Source: a virus (lineage: Duplodnaviria > Heunggongvirae > Uroviricota > Caudoviricetes). From it: 13,046 nucleotides of DNA. Position numbers and translations under genes: made by a program. This document shows, one piece after another, positions 1 through 7,042 of the stretch. The stretch lies in the IMG/VR virus record IMGVR_UViG_2657244971_000003; one strand, given 5' to 3'. The stretch's first letter is position 1, and each line of letters opens with the position of its first letter. The notes under the pieces were generated by a model. That model was not told the DNA's origin and did no database searches. It was given only the letters and a program-made list of their open reading frames with translations.

Positions 1-933
1 ATGGACAACGACAAAATTGATCAACACAGCGACGAAATTGAAGTTGAGAGCGAAGAAAAAGAGCGCGGCAAAAAAATAGAAATAGATGAAGACCGACTCC
101 CCTCCCGGGCGATGGCAATTCATGAGCATATCCGCCAGGATGGTGAAAAAGAGCTGGAACGCGACGCAATGGCGCTACTGTGGTCAGCCATTGCGGCGGG
201 TCTGTCGATGGGCGCTTCGTTACTGGCAAAAGGGATATTTCATGTCGAACTGGAAGGTGTGCCGGGCAGCTTCTTGCTGGAGAATCTCGGTTATACCTTT
301 GGTTTTATTATCGTCATTATGGCCCGCCAGCAATTATTTACCGAAAATACCGTGACTGCGGTACTACCCGTCATGCAAAAACCGACAATGAGCAACGTCG
401 GCTTACTTATACGGTTATGGGGCGTCGTGCTGCTGGGTAATATTCTCGGGACAGGTATTGCGGCGTGGGCATTTGAATATATGCCTATCTTCAATGAAGA
501 AACTCGCGATGCATTTGTCAAAATCGGCATGGATGTGATGAAGAACACCCCCAGCGAGATGTTTGCCAACGCGATCATTTCCGGCTGGCTGATCGCCACT
601 ATGGTTTGGATGTTTCCTGCAGCGGGTGCGGCAAAGATTGTGGTGATTATATTGATGACCTGGCTTATTGCCCTGGGTGACACCACCCATATCGTGGTCG
701 GTTCTGTTGAAATCCTCTATCTGGTGTTTAACGGTACGCTGCACTGGAGCGATTTCATCTGGCCCTTCGCACTACCTACTTTAGCGGGGAACATCTGCGG
801 CGGCACCTTTATCTTCGCGTTAATGAGTCATGCACAGATTCGTAACGACATGAGCAATAAGCGTAAAGCAGAAGCACGCCAAAAAGCAGAACGTGCGGAA
901 AACATTAAGAAAAATTATAAAAACCCGGCATAA
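1..933 (+). CDS. yfdC: Formate/nitrite transporter (FNT) family inner-membrane protein, complete 310 aa
   Basis: ORF starts at ATG at position 1 and ends at TAA 931-933. Translation has multiple hydrophobic helices and matches my recollection of E. coli YfdC, which sits immediately upstream of argW. Synteny with argW and intS supports this. Confidence 0.85.
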   Translation: MDNDKIDQHSDEIEVESEEKERGKKIEIDEDRLPSRAMAIHEHIRQDGEKELERDAMALLWSAIAAGLSMGASLLAKGIFHVELEGVPGSFLLENLGYTFGFIIVIMARQQLFTENTVTAVLPVMQKPTMSNVGLLIRLWGVVLLGNILGTGIAAWAFEYMPIFNEETRDAFVKIGMDVMKNTPSEMFANAIISGWLIATMVWMFPAAGAAKIVVIILMTWLIALGDTTHIVVGSVEILYLVFNGTLHWSDFIWPFALPTLAGNICGGTFIFALMSHAQIRNDMSNKRKAEARQKAERAENIKKNYKNPA

Positions 934-1008
934 ATGGCGAGGGTTTAAGCAATCGAGCGGCAGCGTACTTACCCCGCACTCCATTAGCGGGTATACTCAT
1001 GCCGCATT

Positions 1009-1083
1009 GTCCTCTTAGTTAAATGGATATAACGAGCCCCTCCTAAGGGCTAATTGCAGGTTCGATTCCTGCAGGGGACACCA
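1009..1083 (+). tRNA. argW: tRNA-Arg, anticodon CCU
   Basis: 75-nt cloverleaf read directly: acceptor GTCCTCT/AGGGGAC, anticodon stem AGCCC/GGGCT with loop CTCCTAA (anticodon CCT), T-arm GCAGG-TTCGATT-CCTGC, discriminator A and encoded CCA. A TATACT -10-like hexamer lies at 992-997. Confidence 0.9.
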
Positions 1084-1178
1084 TTTATCAGTTCGCTCCC
1101 ATCCGTACCAGTCCGCAAAATCCCCTGAATATCAAGCCTTCCGTAGATTAACAGTTCGTAATGGTTCGCGTCAGATCG

Positions 1179-1244
1179 TTGACAGCCGCACTCCATGACG
1201 GGTAAAAAGTGGATAAAATAATTTTACCCACCGGATTTTTACCC
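1179..1244 (+). promoter_or_regulatory. Putative intS promoter overlapped by a cluster of GGGTAAAA / TTTTACCC motif copies (candidate Int arm-type or RDF binding sites)
   Basis: Perfect TTGACA at 1179-1184. About 18 bp downstream is a weak -10-like TAAAAA (1203-1208) that sits inside GGGTAAAAA (1200-1208). A near copy GGATAAAAT (1211-1219) and two inverted copies TTTTACCC (1222-1229) and TTTTTACCC (1236-1244) end at the intS ATG. The same motif recurs at 9727-9747 beside the torI-like gene. Confidence 0.45.
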
Positions 1245-2393
1245 ATGCTCACCGTTAAGCAGATTGAAGCAGCAAAGCCGAAAGAAAAACCATACCGCCT
1301 ACTCGATGGTAATGGCCTGTACCTTTATGTCCCTGTGTCAGGGAAAAAGGTATGGCAGCTTCGCTACAAGATTGACGGTAAGGAGAAAATCCTGACCGTA
1401 GGAAAATATCCGCTAATGACTTTGCAGGAGGCAAGAGATAAAGCATGGACCGCGAGGAAAGACATCTCGGTTGGCATCGATCCGGTAAAAGCGAAAAAGG
1501 CTTCGTCTAACAACAATTCCTTTAGTGCCATTTACAAGGAATGGTACGAGCACAAGAAGCAAGTCTGGTCAGTAGGCTATGCAACTGAACTTGCCAAAAT
1601 GTTTGATGACGACATTTTACCCATCATCGGCGGTCTTGAGATTCAGGATATTGAGCCGATGCAACTGCTGGAAGTAATCCGCAGATTTGAAGATCGCGGT
1701 GCAATGGAGCGAGCCAACAAAGCCCGCAGAAGATGCGGCGAGGTTTTCCGTTACGCCATTGTCACTGGTAGGGCTAAATATAACCCGGCACCTGACCTTG
1801 CTGACGCCATGAAGGGATACCGCAAGAAAAACTTCCCGTTTCTTCCTGCAGACCAGATCCCGGCATTTAACAAAGCACTGGCAACATTTTCAGGAAGCAT
1901 CGTATCGCTCATTGCGACCAAAGTTTTACGCTACACAGCCCTAAGAACGAAAGAGCTTCGTTCCATGCAATGGAAGAACGTCGATTTTGAAAACAGGATT
2001 ATCACTATCGACGCCAGTGTGATGAAGGGACGCAAGATTCATGTTGTCCCGATGTCGGACCAGGTGGTTGAACTTCTCACTACGCTAAGCTCAATCACCA
2101 AACCAGTATCAGAGTTTGTTTTTGCCGGGCGCAACGATAAGAAGAAGCCAATCTGCGAGAACGCGGTGCTACTTGTGATCAAACAAATCGGCTATGAGGG
2201 TCTGGAAAGCGGTCACGGATTCAGGCATGAATTCAGCACGATTATGAACGAGCACGGCTGGCCTGCTGATGCTATAGAGGTTCAGCTAGCCCACGCGACC
2301 GGTGGATCTGTTCGCGGAATTTACAATCACGCACAGTACATGGAAAAACGCCGCGAGATGATGCAGTGGTGGGCTGATTGGGTTGATTTGTGA
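1245..2393 (+). CDS. intS: P4-family tyrosine integrase (IntS-like), 382 aa
   Basis: ATG at 1245, in frame within the tracked ORF 1209-2393 (which begins at a GTG). N-terminus MLTVKQIEAAKPKEKPYRLLDGNGLYLYV is typical of the P4-integrase arm-binding domain. C-terminal region has the tyrosine-recombinase signature (HGFRHEF ... RGIYNHAQY). Position directly downstream of argW matches the IntS arrangement. Confidence 0.85.
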   Translation: MLTVKQIEAAKPKEKPYRLLDGNGLYLYVPVSGKKVWQLRYKIDGKEKILTVGKYPLMTLQEARDKAWTARKDISVGIDPVKAKKASSNNNSFSAIYKEWYEHKKQVWSVGYATELAKMFDDDILPIIGGLEIQDIEPMQLLEVIRRFEDRGAMERANKARRRCGEVFRYAIVTGRAKYNPAPDLADAMKGYRKKNFPFLPADQIPAFNKALATFSGSIVSLIATKVLRYTALRTKELRSMQWKNVDFENRIITIDASVMKGRKIHVVPMSDQVVELLTTLSSITKPVSEFVFAGRNDKKKPICENAVLLVIKQIGYEGLESGHGFRHEFSTIMNEHGWPADAIEVQLAHATGGSVRGIYNHAQYMEKRREMMQWWADWVDL

Positions 2394-2398
2394 ACCAG

Positions 2399-4357
2399 TT
2401 AATTTCTCAAAATAATATTACCAGTGGAGACAAACGAGAATATGAAGTTCCCGCGCGGCGTTCCGCCACCGGATGTATTTTGCTTCGGAAAAACCTGGAT
2501 GGAACCGAGCGCTGACATCTGAAATGTAAATGCCGGGGTATCATTTGTTATTACACTATCCTCAATAAACGAAATAACAGAAATGTTACCTATAGTCCCA
2601 GCCGACCTTTTGTATAACAGCTCATATATTGCACACTTTGTCTTGCTTGAGTTGTAAACTTGGCATGTGATTTTACCTGCACAGGATGACGCCGCATCGT
2701 TATCACTGTACGTCCCAACACCGACAACAGTTTTTGCAATACCTGACTCAACACTAACGGCTAACTCATTAGATGACTGAGACGATAAATTGTTATATCT
2801 GTCAGTTGTCAGCTTTTGAGCTGTTGAAACATTATCGTCGAGGAGCCTGGAGGCTACTGAATCGGCCTTAATATGCACCCCGCGAGACTGGCAACGCCCA
2901 AAAACTGCTGCACCGCCAGCGATAGAGACGCCTTTATGCGGAATTGAGGACAGGTCAACGCTACCGAAGTATGTCCTGTTTCCGCCATCACCACCAACCC
3001 TCTCGTCTATATTTCCAGGAACGACCCCTGCATATACCGCGCCTGAACCCACATTAATATCTAATATGTTACGGGTTGGTTTCTCTGCTGAAATAGAACC
3101 ATCTGCAATAGTTATGTTAGCGTAAATATCAGATGTACTCTCTATTCTCACTGCACTTGACGGTTGCTGCTGCCCACAGAATGCTATTTGATTAGATCCT
3201 GATATATTTAATGCAGCAGCCTGCCGTATAAATATCGCCTCTCTTCCACCTTCAAAATAATTGTTCGCTCCACTTATGTTTACCCACGCTGCTTTATCTA
3301 CATACAAATGATTTGAATGCGTTTTTGTGTTTCTGTCGGAATGCATTAAGTTATCTGAATAAATAAGACCATCAAGCTGCTCTGCTATAAACCCACCGTA
3401 CCGAGTAAACCAACCACGATTATTAGTGAATTTAAAATCATTATAGGCATACGCATGAGCATTATCGTGTTTCAGCTCAACTAATTTCCCGACATTAATG
3501 GCTGTCATGTTATCGATAGTGATAAGGCCTATTGCGTGAAATGGTGTTGTTGCGTCTGCAATGCCTTTGATTGCACAATCAACTCGAGTTGCTTTGATGT
3601 TAATGAAATCTATAAACCTTCCCTTTTTCAGCTTAAACCCGTAGTCACCACCAGGGGCAGTAGATGTAATCCCTATACCGTCAATGGTTTTAAGGGCCTC
3701 CCCCCTGCCGTCATTAATGATAAATGACAAATCTTGCAGCCAGCCGCCGCCAACAATATCACACAGTCTAGTCACCTCAATTGAAGCGCCCCCAAATTTC
3801 AACACCCCGCTAATGCCTAAGATAACCCCTTCATCTGAACACTTATGAACTGCATCAAGCAGCTTTTGAGGATCATTAATCACAGAAAATGAAAGCCCGA
3901 AATCTCTTGCGTCAATAACGGCTCTGTTTTCCAGGGAGTCTTTTAGAGTTTTCCCTCCGCCAACGCCAATTAATGAGCCATCTCCTTTCTTTAACTCATC
4001 ACGGAATCGTATTTCAAACTGGTCTGGATCATATTTCAATACATTCGGAAAATAGAACTGCTGCGCACCATATGCATCATAAACAGCCATAGAATGGCCT
4101 TGCACAGTTACGAATTTGGCAATCTGCCCGTTATATACCGGATATCCAGCAGCATTGATAACAATTGGCTGAGAAACAGGGACGTGAGATCCGTCTTCAT
4201 TCTCTACATAAACCTGAATCTGGTTTTCAGTATTTACCGGGTCCGTGTCAATTTTACCGATATAAATTTTGCCATTGGCTACGGCTTTAAAAGAACGCGC
4301 CATAGTGAAGATTTGCGAAGGCATCGATATAATCACATTGGCTGTAATGTCTGTCAT
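2399..4357 (-). CDS. Podovirus tailspike protein: P22-gp9-like N-terminal head-binding domain fused to a divergent receptor-binding domain, 652 aa
   Basis: N-terminal ~120 aa ([42 protein letters not shown]...[13 protein letters not shown]...NVLKYDPDQ) closely resembles the P22 tailspike head-binding domain as I recall it. The rest is Gly/Asn/Ser-rich, as expected for a beta-helix. GGAG lies about 10 nt upstream of the ATG at 4357. Receptor specificity cannot be called from sequence. Confidence 0.85.
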   Translation of the reverse strand: MTDITANVIISMPSQIFTMARSFKAVANGKIYIGKIDTDPVNTENQIQVYVENEDGSHVPVSQPIVINAAGYPVYNGQIAKFVTVQGHSMAVYDAYGAQQFYFPNVLKYDPDQFEIRFRDELKKGDGSLIGVGGGKTLKDSLENRAVIDARDFGLSFSVINDPQKLLDAVHKCSDEGVILGISGVLKFGGASIEVTRLCDIVGGGWLQDLSFIINDGRGEALKTIDGIGITSTAPGGDYGFKLKKGRFIDFINIKATRVDCAIKGIADATTPFHAIGLITIDNMTAINVGKLVELKHDNAHAYAYNDFKFTNNRGWFTRYGGFIAEQLDGLIYSDNLMHSDRNTKTHSNHLYVDKAAWVNISGANNYFEGGREAIFIRQAAALNISGSNQIAFCGQQQPSSAVRIESTSDIYANITIADGSISAEKPTRNILDINVGSGAVYAGVVPGNIDERVGGDGGNRTYFGSVDLSSIPHKGVSIAGGAAVFGRCQSRGVHIKADSVASRLLDDNVSTAQKLTTDRYNNLSSQSSNELAVSVESGIAKTVVGVGTYSDNDAASSCAGKITCQVYNSSKTKCAIYELLYKRSAGTIGNISVISFIEDSVITNDTPAFTFQMSALGSIQVFPKQNTSGGGTPRGNFIFSFVSTGNIILRN

Positions 4358-4414
4358 TTAATTTGCTCCAGATACAAGGAATCACCGAAGCATGGCTACG
4401 GTGAATTTTGGGCA

Positions 4415-4439
4415 TAAAAAAACCCAGCCGAAGCTGGGT
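4415..4439 (-). terminator. Rho-independent terminator downstream of ant (minus strand)
   Basis: On the minus strand: GC-rich hairpin CCCAGC-TTCG-GCTGGG (plus-strand 4423-4438) followed by a run of 7 T (complement of the A-run at 4416-4422). Confidence 0.55.
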
Positions 4440-4457
4440 CGTTGCGTTGGTTATCTG

Positions 4458-5381
4458 TCAGTAGTTATGTACTGAAGGAGGTAATTCTTTATTCTTAAGT
4501 CTCATCCATGCGGAAAGATTCGTTGGTCCGTCTGGCTCATTAATATCAACATCTCGTGTGTGATTGATTAAAACGTCTCTCGCCATTCCGATAACATACG
4601 AGAACTCATGACCGTAGTCGTAGCATCTGCCTGAATAGTTCGATTGAATTTGTTTTAGCGCCGGATACAGTTCGCGGAATAATGCCTGTGAGCGGTTGGC
4701 ATAATCCCATAACCATACAAGGCTGTTTGCTTCTTTTGCAGAAAGCTCGTTTGCTTTCTTCTCTTGTTTGCCGATTAACTCGCCTTCAAGCGGAACGCGA
4801 GCTGCAAGTGACAGAGCTTCGGTAAACTGCTCATCGCTGATTTCTTTGTATGAACACCCAAAATGAGATTTCAGTGACGACCACATGGTAATCATTGCCT
4901 TCGCCTGTTTTTCTTTTGGCAGAGACTGACCGCGACTCATGACGAGTTGTTTAATGGCTTCCTGCTGTTCAGTGGTGATTTTACCCGGCAACGCCTTTTT
5001 AGCTTTGCGTGGGTTAACTACATGGCCTTTAGTCCAGTAGTCGTATAGCACATCGTCACACTCTTCTTGATACTGGATTACATTGTCGCGGATTTCAGGG
5101 CGGACTTTGTTAGGGCTGATGGTTTGCAACCAGCCATTCAGTTTACGTAAAGCAAGGCAAATCATGGTCTGCACACCGCCAACTGAAGGTATTGCGATTT
5201 CCACAATTCCTTTAGCAAATCTTTGTTTTAACTTTGTAAACTGTGAAGCCCAATCCATACCCATTCCCTCAACGATAGGTTTCATTGGGGTGTACGGTTC
5301 GCCGTTGTGATTGACAACATAAAGCTCTGCGCCGTGGAATGGCACGTTGATAGTAGATACTGCTGTTGCTATACTTTTCAT
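4458..5381 (-). CDS. ant: Phage antirepressor (Ant-like), 307 aa
   Basis: N-terminus [17 protein letters not shown]...[27 protein letters not shown] resembles antirepressor N-terminal domains as I recall them. It lies between an arc-like gene and the tailspike, the P22 immI order. AGGAAT lies about 8 nt upstream of the ATG at 5381. Confidence 0.8.
   Translation of the reverse strand: MKSIATAVSTINVPFHGAELYVVNHNGEPYTPMKPIVEGMGMDWASQFTKLKQRFAKGIVEIAIPSVGGVQTMICLALRKLNGWLQTISPNKVRPEIRDNVIQYQEECDDVLYDYWTKGHVVNPRKAKKALPGKITTEQQEAIKQLVMSRGQSLPKEKQAKAMITMWSSLKSHFGCSYKEISDEQFTEALSLAARVPLEGELIGKQEKKANELSAKEANSLVWLWDYANRSQALFRELYPALKQIQSNYSGRCYDYGHEFSYVIGMARDVLINHTRDVDINEPDGPTNLSAWMRLKNKELPPSVHNY
5347..5375 (+). 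promoter_or_regulatory. Candidate promoter for a sar-like antisense RNA, inside the first codons of ant on the opposite strand
   Basis: TTGATA (5347-5352), 17-bp spacer, TATACT (5370-5375). The predicted start near 5382 is immediately antisense to the ant start codon (5379-5381). Confidence 0.4.
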
Positions 5382-5456
5382 GTCGTTAATTCCTATGCGT
5401 GGTTTTACGATACCGAAGCCCTGACTGTTCCAGCAGTTGGGGCTTCAACTTTTTTG
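5382..5456 (+). ncRNA. Putative sar-like small antisense RNA (~75 nt) complementary to the ant ribosome-binding region
   Basis: Runs from the predicted start (~5382) across the complement of the ant Shine-Dalgarno and ends at a plus-strand terminator: extended imperfect hairpin GAAGCCCTGACTG / CAGTTGGGGCTTC (5415-5446) followed by TTTTTT (5450-5455). P22 has a short Sar antisense RNA at the analogous position. Predicted from motifs only. Confidence 0.4.
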
Positions 5457-5687
5457 TCCAGCTTGTCCGAGTAAAAATCCAGATACATGCTCTACTGACT
5501 GGTCAACCTCAATTTTTCTGCCAGAAGTTAATGTAATAAGCGCACAATCGTCACCTGTGCCCTCTACCAACTCAATGTTTTGGCGTCTTATGGTGTATGT
5601 CGTTTTGTTTTTTTCGAATCTAATCCGCCACCAATCACTTGTCCTTCTGCTTTCAAACTTTGTTTTAGTTAGGGTTATAAAGCTCAT
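5445..5687 (-). CDS. Hypothetical 80-aa protein inserted between arc and ant, translationally coupled to arc
   Basis: Its ATG (5685-5687) overlaps the arc-like stop TGA (5684-5686) as ATGA. No recognisable motif. Product MSFITLTKTKFESRRTSDWWRIRFEKNK... is basic at the N-terminus and acidic in the middle. Confidence 0.5.
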   Translation of the reverse strand: MSFITLTKTKFESRRTSDWWRIRFEKNKTTYTIRRQNIELVEGTGDDCALITLTSGRKIEVDQSVEHVSGFLLGQAGQKS

Positions 5688-5824
5688 ACCGTTATCCCCT
5701 CTCTCTTCAGGCTATCCATCACCCGTTTAATTACTTCTGCGCTAAATGAGCGACACTCTTCCTTTGCTTTCTCTTCAAGGATTTTTTCTAACTTCTCTGG
5801 CATACGCAGTGTTTTTACCTTCAT
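5684..5824 (-). CDS. arc: Arc-like ribbon-helix-helix repressor, 46 aa
   Basis: Hand-translated (below the 60-aa floor of the ORF track): MKVKTLRMPEKLEKILEEKAKEECRSFSAEVIKRVMDSLKREGITV. C-terminal half resembles the P22 Arc C-terminus (...QRVMESFKKEGRIGA). GGAGAA lies about 6 nt upstream of the ATG. It is divergent from a Mnt-like gene. Confidence 0.7.
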   Translation of the reverse strand: MKVKTLRMPEKLEKILEEKAKEECRSFSAEVIKRVMDSLKREGITV

Positions 5825-5929
5825 TGCATTCTCCGTTGTATGTGGTACGCATACATAGTATTTAGGTACGCATTGATAGTCAATAGATACCTACATATCC
5901 TGTGGTAAAAAATTATTCAGGATGTGCCG
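5825..5929. promoter_or_regulatory. Divergent immI-like promoter/operator region between arc and mnt
   Basis: A 105-bp gap between divergent RHH repressor genes. 9-bp direct repeats GGTACGCAT at 5844-5852 and 5865-5873 are spaced 21 bp apart. An imperfect inverted repeat TGTATG...CATACA lies around 5838-5856. TTGATA is at 5873-5878. Confidence 0.5.
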
Positions 5930-6181
5930 ATGTCTGATCGTAAGTACAAAAACCCTCAAGTGAATCTGAGGCTTCCTGTAGAGATAAAGGAACGTCTTAT
6001 TGAACTGGCTGAGGCTAATTCTCGTTCATTAAATGCTGAGATGGTCGCGGCACTTGAAGCGTGGACAGAAAAAAATAAACACATTCAAGCACTAGACCTT
6101 GCAACTATAGCATCACGATTGATAGATCTTGAACACGATGTTGAGACACTGAAAACCATGTATGGTAAGGATGCAAAATGA
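5930..6181 (+). CDS. mnt: Mnt-like ribbon-helix-helix repressor, 83 aa from the ATG
   Basis: The tracked ORF begins at GTG 5924, but the ATG at 5930 has AGGA 8 nt upstream. N-terminus (NLRLPVEIKERLIELAEANSRSLNAEMVAALEAW) follows the Arc/Mnt pattern. Orientation is divergent from arc-ant, as in P22 immI. Confidence 0.7.
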   Translation: MSDRKYKNPQVNLRLPVEIKERLIELAEANSRSLNAEMVAALEAWTEKNKHIQALDLATIASRLIDLEHDVETLKTMYGKDAK

Positions 6182-6387
6182 ATAAAAAACAGTTTATTAA
6201 GTCAAAAACGTCAAGCAAGGAAGAGCTAGAGAAAGAGCTAAACTCCCTGAAATATGCTCTGTGTCTGGTTTACTCAAGACTGCCAATGGAAGATAAAAAC
6301 GCCATTTACAATGAAATGATTAGCAGCCTTGATTTTAACGATAGAGACCTAGCATCCCACCTCAACAGCTTCCGCGTCCCTGAGTAA
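6178..6387 (+). CDS. Hypothetical 69-aa protein translationally coupled to mnt
   Basis: Its ATG (6178-6180) overlaps the mnt stop TGA (6179-6181) as ATGA. Lys/Glu-rich N-terminus. No recognisable motif. Confidence 0.5.
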   Translation: MNKKQFIKSKTSSKEELEKELNSLKYALCLVYSRLPMEDKNAIYNEMISSLDFNDRDLASHLNSFRVPE

Positions 6388-6547
6388 TTCTGTTGCGGAT
6401 TTGCTTCTTGCGGTGGTTTAGGCTGGAGAGCTTGGCTTCTGCTTCTGATATTTGCGCATCTAGATCTTTAAGCTCAAGATCTGAAAGTCGCTGGTCAAGC
6501 AGGGTTTGGTTCAACTCAATGTTGTTCAGGCGTTCTTCTATGGTCAT
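6362..6547 (-). CDS. Hypothetical small coiled-coil protein, 61 aa from ATG 6547 (tracked ORF extends to 6640)
   Basis: MTIEERLNNIELNQTLLDQRLSDLELKDLDAQISEAEAKL has a heptad-like Leu/Ile pattern. AGGA lies about 9 nt upstream of the ATG at 6545-6547. Its 3' end overlaps the preceding plus-strand ORF by 26 nt. It could be a chance ORF. Confidence 0.35.
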   Translation of the reverse strand: MTIEERLNNIELNQTLLDQRLSDLELKDLDAQISEAEAKLSSLNHRKKQIRNRITQGRGSC

Positions 6548-6578
6548 AACTTTCATCCTATAACTATTTGGAATTAAA

Positions 6579-6761
6579 ATGAAAAATATATTAATTGGTT
6601 TCGTTTTTGGTGCAGCCTGCGCCGCCAGCATTAGCGTCATAGCCGCTCAGATTGTTGGTGGTAACTCATATCTAATGGGCTATGACGTCATGATAAATGG
6701 AGAGGTTGTTTGCTCAGACCCTTATGTATGGACGTCGACAAAAGAAATAGAATGTGACTAA
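6579..6761 (+). CDS. Hypothetical small secreted protein or lipoprotein, 60 aa
   Basis: N-terminus [24 protein letters not shown] looks like a signal peptide with a possible lipobox-like Cys. Weak RBS. Same strand as mnt. Confidence 0.4.
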   Translation: MKNILIGFVFGAACAASISVIAAQIVGGNSYLMGYDVMINGEVVCSDPYVWTSTKEIECD

Positions 6762-6814
6762 TACCAGCCTGATGGCTGGTTAATTTCGTCATGCTCAAAA
6801 CTAAGGAGGTTGGT

Positions 6815-7042
6815 GTGAAGCGATGGTTCCTCATAATTACTGTTTTCGCGATCATTTACACTATTTTCCCTGCATTAAAAGCACCAATGCAAATAATTTC
6901 ACTAGCAATAATTTCGATTGGTGCTTTCATTGCAGTAGCCGTACTTGTGTTTAAGGTTTTAAAGTTTTTAGTTTGGCTATCAAAAGATGATGGATGCAAA
7001 GTTCATCAAGAAAAAGAAGGCAAAATAACCAAAGTTGACTAA
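6815..7042 (+). CDS. Hypothetical small inner-membrane protein with two predicted transmembrane helices, 75 aa from GTG 6815
   Basis: AAGGAGG (6803-6809) lies 5 nt upstream of the in-frame GTG at 6815; the tracked ORF begins at ATG 6791 without an RBS. Two hydrophobic segments (WFLIITVFAIIYTIF and IISLAIISIGAFIAVAVLVF). Same strand as mnt, the position where P22-like phages carry exclusion genes. Confidence 0.5.
   Translation: MKRWFLIITVFAIIYTIFPALKAPMQIISLAIISIGAFIAVAVLVFKVLKFLVWLSKDDGCKVHQEKEGKITKVD

Noticed and set aside
86-744. Four overlapping ORFs inside yfdC (86-355 +, 180-440 +, 291-686 -, 415-744 -)
   Set aside because: All lie within or antisense to the well-supported yfdC frame. 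Their translations are Arg/Cys/Trp-rich with no start signals. They are chance ORFs.
1255-1446. 63-aa minus-strand ORF inside intS
   Set aside because: Antisense to a confidently called integrase with no RBS. Chance ORF.
3536-4417. Plus-strand ORFs 3536-3727 and 4094-4417 overlapping the tailspike
   Set aside because: Antisense to the tailspike coding frame with no translation signals. Chance ORFs.
5083-5310. 75-aa plus-strand ORF inside ant
   Set aside because: Antisense to ant with no RBS and an implausible composition.
5437-5730. 97-aa plus-strand ORF antisense to the 80-aa ORF and arc
   Set aside because: No RBS and a low-complexity translation. The plus-strand signal here is better explained by the predicted antisense RNA terminator.
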